Virus record (IMG/VR): IMGVR_UViG_3300031949_000121
Coordinates: 1 to 33,119 of that record
DNA from: a virus
Taxonomy: Duplodnaviria > Caudoviricetes
Direction: 5' to 3' (one strand)
Length of the DNA stretch: 33,119 nt
Position 1 is the stretch's first letter. Every line of letters begins with the position of its first letter. The notes beneath the pieces are model-generated. The model was not told the DNA's origin, did no database searches, and saw only the letters and a list, made by a program, of their open reading frames with translations. The translations under genes were made by a program, and so were the position numbers. Shown here piece by piece: positions 23,608 to 32,376 of the stretch.

Positions 23608-24443
23608 CGCCCTCCCCCCGCCGTCCCGTCGCCCTTGAGCCCGCCCACTACCGCCGCCACCATCCCGGCCCGTTGCTTCCGGTCGCGCGCGTCTGGCGGT
23701 GGGGCGACTCGCGCTTCTCGATGCGCGAGGGCCGCCGAGCCGTTGCCGGCGATCCGCATGAACCGCTCGACGTGCTCGCCGTCGCGGCAAATCAGCGCCA
23801 GGTCGTCGTAGACCTCGCTGCGGTCGTTGGCCCCCATGTTCCACGGCGACGCCTTGCACCCGTCGACCGCCGCGATCAGCTGCTCCGGCGTGTAGAGCTT
23901 GAGCATTTGCCGGACACACCGCTCGCGCTTCGGCGTCAGCTGCGCGGGCTCGTGCCCCATCACGGTGCGCCAGTGGTCGAACACCCGGCGCACGCTCCCC
24001 CCCGGGGGGGTAGGGGGGGTACTCCGATCCAGATCCAGCTCTGATCCAGATCCGATCTGATCCTTATCTACTAAGGCTTCGGCTAGGCCGTCCCTAGCGG
24101 AAGGCTTAACCTCCTGTACTGGCTGTTGATACGCGGACGGGCGTCGCTGTGACGCCGGGCGTCCCTGGAAGTTAGTCCATGTGGCCAACTCGTCGCCTTC
24201 GTGCTGGTACCGAGAGAGCAGCCCCTCGCGTTCGTACTCCTCCAGCCAGGTCGTAACCTCGGCCAGAGTCACGTCGGTCCTGGCGCCGAACACCTTGCTG
24301 CAGATCCTGGTTGGGTCGTACTCGAAGCGGCCCCAATCGTCGGCGACCAGGAAGATCCACGGATATGCCAGCGCCGCGTCACGCGAGCAACGGCGCAGCT
24401 TCTTCGACTCCCACAGGCGATCGCGGATTACGTGGTTGCTCAC
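23604..24443 (-). CDS. Phage replication initiator/replisome organizer (O-like)
   Basis: N-terminal winged helix with ADDWGRF..DP..I, low-complexity linker (DKDQIGSGSELDLD...PPTPP) and a helical C-domain; start GTG 24443. Confidence 0.75.
   Translation of the reverse strand: MSNHVIRDRLWESKKLRRCSRDAALAYPWIFLVADDWGRFEYDPTRICSKVFGARTDVTLAEVTTWLEEYEREGLLSRYQHEGDELATWTNFQGRPASQRRPSAYQQPVQEVKPSARDGLAEALVDKDQIGSGSELDLDRSTPPTPPGGSVRRVFDHWRTVMGHEPAQLTPKRERCVRQMLKLYTPEQLIAAVDGCKASPWNMGANDRSEVYDDLALICRDGEHVERFMRIAGNGSAALAHREARVAPPPDARDRKQRAGMVAAVVGGLKGDGTAGGGR
23997..24110. repeat. Origin-like repeat tract inside the initiator gene
   Basis: C7G7 palindrome (23997-24010), a second G7 run, six GATC in 24026-24062, then AAGGCTT twice and CTAG twice. 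Confidence 0.55.
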
Positions 24444-24829
24444 GCGAGGCTCCAGGTTGATTCCTTCGCCCCGTACGGCCCCGGCCTCCGGTCGGCCCTG
24501 TGGTGCACCAGCAGGCCGGCCGTGGTCAGGTTCGTGATTGCCCGGCGAACCGAGGTCACGGGCAGGATCGGCCTCGGCCCTCTGAACGTCTCGTGGACGA
24601 ACTGGCCCATGCTGACGATCGCCGCGTGAACTTCGGATGGCGTCCAGCGTGTGTGATGGCCATTGCCCTGGTCGTCGTGATACCGGAAGAACTCCAGGAT
24701 CGCGCCCTCCTGCCGCTTGGCCTTGGCCTCTCCGGCGCTGACTTCCTCGACGGTCTGATGAGAGCGGACGTGGAAGGAGCGCGGCCGGTGCTCGGCCGGC
24801 TTCCGATCGAATAGTCCGAGCTGCGTCAC
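24440..24829 (-). CDS. Winged-helix DNA-binding protein
   Basis: ILEFF...WTPSEV...VTSVRRAITNLTTAGLL...W; N-terminal QLGLF. Confidence 0.7.
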   Translation of the reverse strand: MTQLGLFDRKPAEHRPRSFHVRSHQTVEEVSAGEAKAKRQEGAILEFFRYHDDQGNGHHTRWTPSEVHAAIVSMGQFVHETFRGPRPILPVTSVRRAITNLTTAGLLVHHRADRRPGPYGAKESTWSLA

Positions 24830-25041
24830 CGGCTCGCCCTCGCCACCCCGGCCGCCTCAAGCGTCAGCTTTGCGCGGTGCACCTGAAGCAGGTGCGTCGC
24901 GACCCCGTTGAGCGCGCCCGCTTCCGTGCTCCACTCGCGCCGGAACCTGCAACGGTCGCAGGCGTAGCGGAAGGCTCCCGAGGCCCTGACGATGAGCGCC
25001 TGCTTCCGGACTCGCTCGCGATCTTCGGTCCTGATGGTCAC
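24826..25041 (-). CDS. Small C2H2-type zinc-finger protein
   Basis: YACDRC...HLLQVH; coupled at both ends. Confidence 0.6.
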   Translation of the reverse strand: MTIRTEDRERVRKQALIVRASGAFRYACDRCRFRREWSTEAGALNGVATHLLQVHRAKLTLEAAGVARASR

Positions 25042-25775
25042 GCCGGGATCTCCACCATCCGCCGATAGAAGCGCTCGACCCTGGCGGCGGTCCGCGCGAG
25101 CACTCGCCGCCTCTTGAACTGCAGCGCCGGCGTCTTGTACCCGAGCCGGCGCGCGATCTCGGCCTTCGGGAATCCCTCATCGAGAAGGATCGCGATCCGG
25201 CGCCAGGTGCGTCCGGCGGGCACGGTCCCGCCGCCAGCTACGGCGTCACGGTCGACCGCGAGGATTCGACGCTCGGTGTCGGCGCGAATACGCCTTTGCT
25301 CCCCGCTGCGGATCTTCGCCATCACGCCGATGGACACGCTCGCCGCGGCCGCCACGGACTTGTAGCCGACGCCATGGCGCGACAGGCGGTGCACGTGCGT
25401 CCGGGCCCGCGACGCGTCGGCCAGGCCGTTCCACACCAGGCGCTCGCGGCACGCGCGGCAGACGCCGCCCTTCGAGTCCTTCCGGAGGTGGGCCCGCAGG
25501 CGGCATGGGTCGCCGTGGACGCCAGGGCAACCCCGCGCGTAAACGCGGATCCGCTTCGAGCCGTCGGGGGCGGTCCAGAGCTGGGGCGCCGGCGTCGGCG
25601 GAGTGACGATCTCCAGCGCGGCCGCCTTGGCGCGACCCTGGCGCTGGTGGTAGTAGCGGACGTTGGAGCCCCGGCAGTCCGCGCAGCGGCAGCCGGTGAC
25701 GTAGCGCGCCCTGGTGCCGTGCTGGTAGGCATCCGGGCCCGGCATGTGACGGGCCTCGCGCCAGGCGGCGGTCAC
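25038..25775 (-). CDS. Zn-binding and HTH DNA-binding protein
   Basis: HGTRARYVTGCRCADC, a second Cys cluster and two HTH-like segments (GVGYKSVAAAASVS, GFPKAEIARRLG); start GTG 25775. Confidence 0.7.
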   Translation of the reverse strand: MTAAWREARHMPGPDAYQHGTRARYVTGCRCADCRGSNVRYYHQRQGRAKAAALEIVTPPTPAPQLWTAPDGSKRIRVYARGCPGVHGDPCRLRAHLRKDSKGGVCRACRERLVWNGLADASRARTHVHRLSRHGVGYKSVAAAASVSIGVMAKIRSGEQRRIRADTERRILAVDRDAVAGGGTVPAGRTWRRIAILLDEGFPKAEIARRLGYKTPALQFKRRRVLARTAARVERFYRRMVEIPA

Positions 25776-26467
25776 GCCGCTGGCTCCTTCGAGATCTCGG
25801 CGGCCCGCAAGAGCCCGCCGGCGAGGACCAGGTCCATGAACCACGTCTGGTCCACGCGCCGCAGCTCGAAGGCGGTCGGGTTCTCTCGGATGAAGCCGAG
25901 CAGGCCCTCGTCGGTGAACTGCCAGGCGTCGCGTTCAAAGGCGCGTTGCTCACCGCCGTGACGGTGGCGCCCACGGAGAAGCCCCCTGCGGATCCAGCCG
26001 TCGATCGCGTGATGGTCCACACCGAAGCACAACTCGAGGTCGCGCAGGGTATAGCCCTCGCGGATCCTCCGGCTGATGTGCATGTGCTTGAGCTTCAGGA
26101 CGACCGACGTGATGCTGCGGCCCAGGCGTTTCGCGATGTAGGCGACCAGGCGCGTCCCGGCGTGATCCTCGAGAAAGCGAACTTCCTCAGGCGTCCAGGC
26201 CCGGCGGTTCTTGGGGCAGGCCGTCAGGCCGAGGAGGGCTGCGCGCTTCTTGATCACCCAGCTCGGCCAGCCAAAGGTGGCGGCGATCGCGGCCGGGATG
26301 CCGTCGCGGCCCTCGTACTTGGCCTTAAGGATCGCGTCTTTCTCGGGCGTCCAGATGTAGATGGGCTGCTTCCCGCGGTGGCGCCAGCGGCAGTCGTCGC
26401 ACCACCTGGCGTAGGGCTGCGTCAGCTTCCGCGGGCAGTCCCCGCAGCCGCGGGCCGGCCGTCTCAC
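25772..26467 (-). CDS. DNA-binding protein with Zn ribbon, two Myb/SANT-like repeats and a MerR-like HTH
   Basis: CGDC...CDDC; WTPEKDAIL and WTPEEVRFL repeats; YTLRDLELCFGVDHHAIDGWIRRGLL; start GTG 26467. Confidence 0.72.
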   Translation of the reverse strand: MRRPARGCGDCPRKLTQPYARWCDDCRWRHRGKQPIYIWTPEKDAILKAKYEGRDGIPAAIAATFGWPSWVIKKRAALLGLTACPKNRRAWTPEEVRFLEDHAGTRLVAYIAKRLGRSITSVVLKLKHMHISRRIREGYTLRDLELCFGVDHHAIDGWIRRGLLRGRHRHGGEQRAFERDAWQFTDEGLLGFIRENPTAFELRRVDQTWFMDLVLAGGLLRAAEISKEPAA

Positions 26468-26751
26468 GGAGCACTCCCCGCCGGCTTCGGCAGCCCACGC
26501 CGGCGCCACGCCTCAGGACAGCTCGACCAGTGGCTGACGAAGCGCGGCCCGTCGTGGGCCTCGAAGCGCTTCAGCGCCTTGGCCAGGCTGTCGTTGTGCG
26601 CCTCGAGGACGACGTTGCCGTCGGAGCGGGGCTCGGGGTCGAGCGGGTTCTTCCGCCCCGAGGGGACCATAGTGACCCAGCGGACGGGCGCACTACACCA
26701 GCTGCAGCGCTTGAGGGGCCGGCCCTGGGAGTCGAGGAGGGAGTCGGCCAC
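26464..26751 (-). CDS. Conserved phage Zn-binding hypothetical protein
   Basis: CSWCSAPVRW...GRKNPLD.EP..DGN...SHWSSCP, a pattern common in phage early regions. Confidence 0.7.
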   Translation of the reverse strand: MADSLLDSQGRPLKRCSWCSAPVRWVTMVPSGRKNPLDPEPRSDGNVVLEAHNDSLAKALKRFEAHDGPRFVSHWSSCPEAWRRRGLPKPAGSAP

Positions 26752-26754
26752 GGG

Positions 26755-26979
26755 TCAGAGCGCCTTCCGCTTGAGGATCCACTCGGCCAGCTCCGCGTAC
26801 TCGCGTAGGTAGCTCCGCGCGTAGCGGTCGTCGATCGTCGAGGCCCAGGTCCAGCGGCCGCCGCGGCCGCGGCTCTGCAGCTCCGGCGAGATCGTGCCCA
26901 TGCCGACCACGCGGGCGACTTCGAGCCCGCCCACGTGGACGGCGAGGACGTCCTTCTTCCTGATGTAGCGTCGGGCCAC
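26755..26979 (-). CDS. Hypothetical protein
   Basis: 74 aa ORF filling the gap between neighbouring genes. Confidence 0.55.
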   Translation of the reverse strand: MARRYIRKKDVLAVHVGGLEVARVVGMGTISPELQSRGRGGRWTWASTIDDRYARSYLREYAELAEWILKRKAL

Positions 26980-26982
26980 TGG

Positions 26983-28443
26983 TCAGCGCTTCTTCTTGGC
27001 TGCCTTCTTCGGCTGTTCCTTGGCCGGCCCCGAGGCCTCCAGCGGCGCGACCTCGTCGAGGATCTTCGCGACGTCGATGCCGAAGGCCTTCGCGCGCTTC
27101 GGGAAGTCGTCCCACGCGCCCCACTCTCCGGCCTCGCGCGCGAGGACGAGGAAGGCGGCGTGCCGGACCAGGTCCTCGGCGGTGGTGCCCCGCGCGACGA
27201 AGCGGATCGCGGCCTCGCGCTCCGGGCGGTGGTCGCAAATGGAGTCGAGGACGGTCTCGCCGAGGAGCCCGGCTGCGCGTGCCGGCGCCTTCTTCACCGC
27301 GGCTGCGATGGCCTCGAGGATCTTGGGGGCAGCCTTCTTCCACCTGTCCTGCTTGGCCAGCTCGATCGCCCGCTCTCGCTTGCGCTTCTCCTCCTCGAGC
27401 TTGTAGCGGTCCTCGCCGGTGCTGCCGCCCTTGGTGGCCGCGGCCGCGCGCTTCTGCGCCTGGCGCTGCTCGGCCCCCCAGTGGACCTTGCAGCCCTTCT
27501 TGTCGGTGCAGACCTTGAAGGCCTCGCCGCGGCCGGGCCCGACCACGATCACGCCCGTCACGGAGGAGTCGCACAGCTTTGACTTCCCCTTCCCATCGGC
27601 GCGCCTCCACGACATGGGCCCGTACGTCCGCTCTCCCTCGACCTTGGCCTCGGGAGTGACGTAGTGGTCGTGGGTGATCGGGATGATCTTCTCGGCCACC
27701 TCGCGCGTGGCGGTGAGCGTGGCGGCCGTCTCCGGAAAGAGCATCGGCTCGACCTCTTCCCGATCGAACCGGACGTTCTTGTCGATCCAGCCCTGCAGCT
27801 CGCGCACGCTGACTGGCTTTACCGCATCGTCGCGACGCATGGCGGTCGCCGCCGAGCGGTCCTCGTTCGGATCCCACAGCAGCCGCTCGTGGTCGAAGAG
27901 CGCGCCCCGCTCCGCGATCGCCCGCTTCTGGTCCGCGGGCTTCAGGCGCGCCAGGATGACCGCGTGCCCGGCCTGGATCCTCCCGTCGTGGAAGAGGGCT
28001 TGCGCCTCCTTCGTGAGCGACAGAAGCTTCAGCCGGTCGTAGACGTACTGCACTGAGCGGCCGACGCGCGCCGCGATCCGGGCGACGTCGTACTTGGCCT
28101 GCGCCATCAGCTGCCGGTAGCCCTCGGCCTCCTCGAGCGGATGCAGGTCGGAGCGCTGCAGGTTGTCGATGATCATCAGCTCGAGCGCGGCCTTGTCGTC
28201 CAGCTCGCGGACGATTGCCGGCGCCGCCTCGAGGTTCGCCGCCTTCGCGGCCCGGTAGCGGCGCGCGCCGGCGAGGATCTCGTAGCCGCTCCCGTTGGGC
28301 CGGACGAGCAGCGGGTTCAAGATCCCCTTGTCGCGCACGCTCGAGGTCAGCTCCTCGAGCGCCTGCTCCTCGAAGACCTTGCGCGTGTTCCGGGGGGACT
28401 CCTTCAGCTGACCGATCGGTATGGATTGAAAGACCGCGTCCAT
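26983..28443 (-). CDS. ParB/RepB/Spo0J family protein with long C-terminal extension
   Basis: NTRKVF...LEELTSSV..KGILNPLLVRP, AGARRYRA (GxxRxxA), DNLQRSDLHPLEEA, then HTH; GAGGAGG SD before ATG 28443. Confidence 0.92.
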   Translation of the reverse strand: MDAVFQSIPIGQLKESPRNTRKVFEEQALEELTSSVRDKGILNPLLVRPNGSGYEILAGARRYRAAKAANLEAAPAIVRELDDKAALELMIIDNLQRSDLHPLEEAEGYRQLMAQAKYDVARIAARVGRSVQYVYDRLKLLSLTKEAQALFHDGRIQAGHAVILARLKPADQKRAIAERGALFDHERLLWDPNEDRSAATAMRRDDAVKPVSVRELQGWIDKNVRFDREEVEPMLFPETAATLTATREVAEKIIPITHDHYVTPEAKVEGERTYGPMSWRRADGKGKSKLCDSSVTGVIVVGPGRGEAFKVCTDKKGCKVHWGAEQRQAQKRAAAATKGGSTGEDRYKLEEEKRKRERAIELAKQDRWKKAAPKILEAIAAAVKKAPARAAGLLGETVLDSICDHRPEREAAIRFVARGTTAEDLVRHAAFLVLAREAGEWGAWDDFPKRAKAFGIDVAKILDEVAPLEASGPAKEQPKKAAKKKR

Positions 28444-28475
28444 CGGCAACCTCCTCAAACCTGGCGCTTGGGACT

Positions 28476-28943
28476 TCAAGGAAACGAGCCCAGCGGCCCC
28501 ACGCGCACCTCGACGTAAGGCGACTCGCCCTGGGCGCCGATTGCCTTCGTCACGAACAGCTGCGCGATCTGCGCGTCGTCGGACCACAACACCCCGGTCC
28601 CCGCGTCGAGGACGGCCTTGCAGACGTTTTCGGCGTCTGGTCGCTTCGCGTGCCAACGCCGCGGCCACGGGTCGCGCTTCCGGTATTGCGAGGGCGGGCA
28701 GCTGAAGATGGCCAGCAGGTGCACCTCGAGCGGGCCCACCGGGTGCAGGATGGCTCCGCCGGCCAGCGCCTGGACCATGACGTCGCGCGCGGCGGCCTTC
28801 CAGTTACGGCTCTTCTTTGGGTCGTAGGTACGGATGAAGCCCTGCGGCGTCTTGAACGCGCGCGGCCGGCCTTGTCCACAAGGCTCCCCAGGAATGCGGA
28901 CGACGAACGTCGCGACGGCGGCGACCGGCGCCGGGCTGCTCAC
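28476..28943 (-). CDS. rusA: RusA family Holliday junction resolvase
   Basis: IPGEP.GQGRPR and KRPDAENVCKAVLDA...WSDDAQI motifs. Confidence 0.92.
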   Translation of the reverse strand: MSSPAPVAAVATFVVRIPGEPCGQGRPRAFKTPQGFIRTYDPKKSRNWKAAARDVMVQALAGGAILHPVGPLEVHLLAIFSCPPSQYRKRDPWPRRWHAKRPDAENVCKAVLDAGTGVLWSDDAQIAQLFVTKAIGAQGESPYVEVRVGPLGSFP

Positions 28944-30460
28944 GCGGGCGTCTCCGCGGGTTCCTCGGTGATGACATTGAGCGGCCCCTCAGCTACGCGC
29001 CCGATAAAGGCCTGGACGCCGCTCTCTTTCAGGGACCGGCGGAGGTGGTCGAAGTGCTCGCGATCGAGGGCCTCGGCGCCATCTACGAAGACGACCGGCA
29101 AGCGCAAACCCTTGGCACGGAGGACCGCCACCTGGACGGCGATGTCCACACGCTGGGCGGTGTTCAGGTGTTCAAACGGGATCCCCCCAACGCGAATGAC
29201 CTTCTCCTCGATCGACAGCCCTGGGATGGGCAGGTCCTTCGTGAGCTGCCGCCGGTGCGCGTCGAGGGCGTCGATCGCTCTGGTCAGGCGCTCGCTCTCG
29301 GCCCCGAGGCGCGTCGCTTCCTCGTCGAACTGCCTGGCCTGGTCGTGCAACGCGCGCGCCTTCGTCGACACCTCCGCTTGCGCGCGCAAGACCGCAAGCC
29401 GCTCTTGGCCAACGCGAAGGGTCTCGCGGTGGCTCTCCAAGCGCAGGCGGGCCGCGATGCGGTCCTCGCGAGCCTTCTGCACCGAGGCCTGGGCCGCCCT
29501 GGTGGTGGCATCTAGGCCGTCTTCGCCGGCCGCTTTCCGGACCTGGATCTCCCGCTCGAGCTCGGCGAGCTTGGCGGCGATCTGGCGCTCCGCCTCGGCC
29601 CGGATCTCGGCCGCGGCTGCGTCGTGCTCTCGGCGCCGCTTCGCCGCCCATGTCTTGAACTCCCCCGAGACGCGCTCCACCTCGAGCTGCTGATTCGCCT
29701 GCGCCGCCTGGATCGCCGCGGCCTCGCCGGCGTCGGCCTCAGCGTCCTCGCGGGCGATCTCCGCGGCCAGGTTCGTGGTGGTGGTCTCCCCCAGGGCGAT
29801 CTGCTCGGCTGGGTCCTCCGGGATCGTGGCCGGTGCGTTTCGGCGCGTCTGCTCGGCTGCCGCGGCCTTTCCCTTCGCATCCCGGTTCACGCCGGTTCGT
29901 GCCCGGAAGACGGCGTCCCGGATCAGGGCCAGCTCCTCGAGGGGGTGAATCCCCATTGGCAGTGGCGGCAGCTCCGTCGCGGCAACGCCCATCTCGGCGA
30001 GGAGCGCCGGCCGGTCGAGTCGGAGCGGCAGCGCCTCGAGGAGCATCAGGGCGCGCTCCTTGTCTGGTGCCATCAGGAACCTTACGGGGTTGGCGCAGTC
30101 GGGGTCGAACAGCGAGGCGAGCCAGCCCTGGGGCCGGGGCACGTCCTCGAAGCCGGCGGTGTCACCCACTCGCGCGCGGACGCGGAGGCGGTCCCCGGTG
30201 CGCTCGACCCGGTACGCCTCGTGGCCAGCGCCCTCGAGGACGAGCACCACCTCGGGCTCGGTCGGCTCTCCTGAGGGGTCGACGCGCGCCAGGCGCGCCA
30301 GGTTTCCGCCCGCCAGGGCCGCCTGCACTGCCTGCAGCGCGCTGCTCTTGCCGCTCCCGTTCGCGCCCTCGAGGACCGTGATCTGGCCGGGCTGGAGCGC
30401 GAACTCGCGGGCACCCAGGACGTCCCGGATCGTGACGGCCACGACGCGCAGCTCGGACAC
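28940..30460 (-). CDS. Rad50/SbcC-like coiled-coil ABC ATPase
   Basis: GANGSGKSS Walker A, central coiled coil, degenerate signature LNTAQR, VFVDGAEALD Walker B/D-loop. Confidence 0.85.
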   Translation of the reverse strand: MSELRVVAVTIRDVLGAREFALQPGQITVLEGANGSGKSSALQAVQAALAGGNLARLARVDPSGEPTEPEVVLVLEGAGHEAYRVERTGDRLRVRARVGDTAGFEDVPRPQGWLASLFDPDCANPVRFLMAPDKERALMLLEALPLRLDRPALLAEMGVAATELPPLPMGIHPLEELALIRDAVFRARTGVNRDAKGKAAAAEQTRRNAPATIPEDPAEQIALGETTTTNLAAEIAREDAEADAGEAAAIQAAQANQQLEVERVSGEFKTWAAKRRREHDAAAAEIRAEAERQIAAKLAELEREIQVRKAAGEDGLDATTRAAQASVQKAREDRIAARLRLESHRETLRVGQERLAVLRAQAEVSTKARALHDQARQFDEEATRLGAESERLTRAIDALDAHRRQLTKDLPIPGLSIEEKVIRVGGIPFEHLNTAQRVDIAVQVAVLRAKGLRLPVVFVDGAEALDREHFDHLRRSLKESGVQAFIGRVAEGPLNVITEEPAETPA

Positions 30461-30464
30461 GCAG

Positions 30465-31397
30465 CTACTCCTCGAGGCGCCGCTGGCGGCAGGTGCTGGG
30501 CGCCTTGCTTCGCGCCTGAGCGCCCGCCGCTCCGGCGAGCGCCCGGACGGTCTCCTGCGGAGTCGGCACGTCGTCGTCTGCGCCAGGCTCGCGTTCCGCC
30601 GTGGCGCTGGCGGCGGCCGGGGGGGCCGGGGGCGCGGCCGCGACGGTCGGCGGCGCCGCAGTCTGGAGCTTCTCGGTCAGAGCGCTGAGGGTCGCGGGGG
30701 CGGGGGCGCCGTACGTGCCGTCCGCCCCGCGCTCGAGCGAGACCGTCTCGCGGACCTCCTCCTCGGCCTGGATCCCGATCATCGCCTCCGGCATATGGCG
30801 GCGCGCCCATTCGCGCGCACCCCGGTAGGCGAGCATCTGATCGGCCGACTTCTTCCACTGCTCGTTGTTGGTCGCCCAGCCCTGGACCGTGCCCTCGATC
30901 TGCCGCTCCTGCTTCTCGCCCTTGATCTGGGCGGTCACGACCACGCGGCGCGCCTGCCCATCACCCGAGTACGTGTAGTCGAGGCGCTTCTCGATCCGCC
31001 GGTGGCTGTTGACGACGGCCGCGATGAGCTTGCCCTCGTAGCCGAGCTTGCCCTGGAGCACGAACGTGTGTTGCGCGACCGCAAAGGGGTCCATGCGCCA
31101 GCGGAAGGCTTGGGCTGCGACGAGCGAGCAGTCGGCCACCTTCCCCTTCAGATGATCCGGGACGAGGCCCGAGGAGCTCATCAGCTTCGCGACGCGCTGT
31201 AGCTGCTCGAACACGCCGCCGTCCATGTAGAGCGAGACCGGATCGTCGGCGTCGAACTCGACCGGGGGTCTCGTCGATGCCGGGGGGGGCAGCGGCGCGG
31301 TCACCGTGGGGAGGTTGCCCTCCGGCGGCGCCGGGGCCTCGAGCTCCGCGGGAACCTTGGGGGCGTTGGTGGGAGTGACGGCGAACGTCTCGGACAT
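30465..31397 (-). CDS. recT: RecT-like single-strand annealing protein
   Basis: VPDHLKGK.ADC, QAFRWRMDPFAVAQ.T...GKLGYEGKLI.AV, QMLAYRGAREWARR..PE; GGAGG SD before ATG 31397; follows the exonuclease gene. Confidence 0.8.
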   Translation of the reverse strand: MSETFAVTPTNAPKVPAELEAPAPPEGNLPTVTAPLPPPASTRPPVEFDADDPVSLYMDGGVFEQLQRVAKLMSSSGLVPDHLKGKVADCSLVAAQAFRWRMDPFAVAQHTFVLQGKLGYEGKLIAAVVNSHRRIEKRLDYTYSGDGQARRVVVTAQIKGEKQERQIEGTVQGWATNNEQWKKSADQMLAYRGAREWARRHMPEAMIGIQAEEEVRETVSLERGADGTYGAPAPATLSALTEKLQTAAPPTVAAAPPAPPAAASATAEREPGADDDVPTPQETVRALAGAAGAQARSKAPSTCRQRRLEE

Positions 31398-31413
31398 CTT
31401 CGACCTCCTCCTC

Positions 31414-32376
31414 CTACTTGAGTCGCAGCTGGAGCTTCGGCCACCAGCGACGGAGCACCCTAAAGCTCGTCGGCTGCACCGTGTATCCGCCTCGGTTGGT
31501 TTCCTTGAGCGTGAGCACGGACCCGTCTGGCAGTCGCCCGTACGATGCGAATCCCAGGCGCGCGCGCAGCCTGTTCTCCGCCTCTTCCTTCGTTTCCTCG
31601 GCGGAGTCGCGGACGACTTTCGCCGCATCCCACTGCGTCACGATGGAGAGTGCTTCATCGTCAAGAGGGATCGTCTCGCCATCCGCGTGCGCCCACAGAC
31701 GGCGGATTGCCTCCGAGGTGCCCGGAAGCGCGTCAGCCTCGGGCGGGTCGCGGCGCTGGACGCGGAGCCAGAACTCCTCGAGCTTCGGCAGCGCGGCCGC
31801 CAGGAAGGCGTCGTCGCGCTGGACGTCGCGCCAGGCGAGAGCGATCCCCCCGATGAGGGCGACGAGCCCCCCCCACTGCGCGCCCGTGCACGCCATCTGC
31901 ACCTGCACCTGGACCACGTAGTGCAGCGGCGGGTCCTCGCGCCACTCCGCCGCCTTGAACCCAGCCACGGCCTTGGCGTCGAGCGGTCCCGTCCTAGGGC
32001 CCAGCCCGTTGACGTGCGAGCTGTAGTTTCCGGCGGGGTCGGGATGCGCCGCGCTCCCCGCGGTGACGCGGTCGAGCGTGCAGCCGAGCCACGTCACGTC
32101 GGGATGCCGCTGGATCTCGTGAGCGCCCAGGTCGACGACCGGCCGACCCGTCTCCTCCGCATACCAGTCGGCGATCGCGCCCTCGACCCTTCTGCCCCAC
32201 TTCATCCAGGCCGTCTGCTCCTGCTCGATCTGCCCCACCTTCGAGGCATAGACCGCGAGCGGGCCGCGGCGCGGGTCGACCCCGAGGACGGCGGCGCAGT
32301 CGCTGGCGGTGAGGAGTTCACGGCGGGCCGCAAGCCAACGCTCGCGCGCGTCGAGCTGGACGGCGGGGCTGCTCAA
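31414..32376 (-). CDS. YqaJ/lambda-exonuclease family recombinase
   Basis: WLAARR..LTASD.AAVLG, WGRRVE, CTLD...LDAK, Y.VQVQVQM.CTG. Confidence 0.92.
   Translation of the reverse strand: MSSPAVQLDARERWLAARRELLTASDCAAVLGVDPRRGPLAVYASKVGQIEQEQTAWMKWGRRVEGAIADWYAEETGRPVVDLGAHEIQRHPDVTWLGCTLDRVTAGSAAHPDPAGNYSSHVNGLGPRTGPLDAKAVAGFKAAEWREDPPLHYVVQVQVQMACTGAQWGGLVALIGGIALAWRDVQRDDAFLAAALPKLEEFWLRVQRRDPPEADALPGTSEAIRRLWAHADGETIPLDDEALSIVTQWDAAKVVRDSAEETKEEAENRLRARLGFASYGRLPDGSVLTLKETNRGGYTVQPTSFRVLRRWWPKLQLRLK

Noticed and set aside
23997-24019. C7/G7 runs as phase-variation tracts
   Set aside because: The runs are short, the frame is intact, and they encode the PPTPPGG linker common in phage initiators.
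3043-28668. Long N-terminal extensions in the ORF track (portal, GT paralog A, methyltransferase, endolysin, HerA-like, initiator, ParB-like and others)
   Set aside because: The extensions overlap upstream genes and are low-complexity; downstream starts with SD sequences or 4-bp overlaps match the family N-termini.
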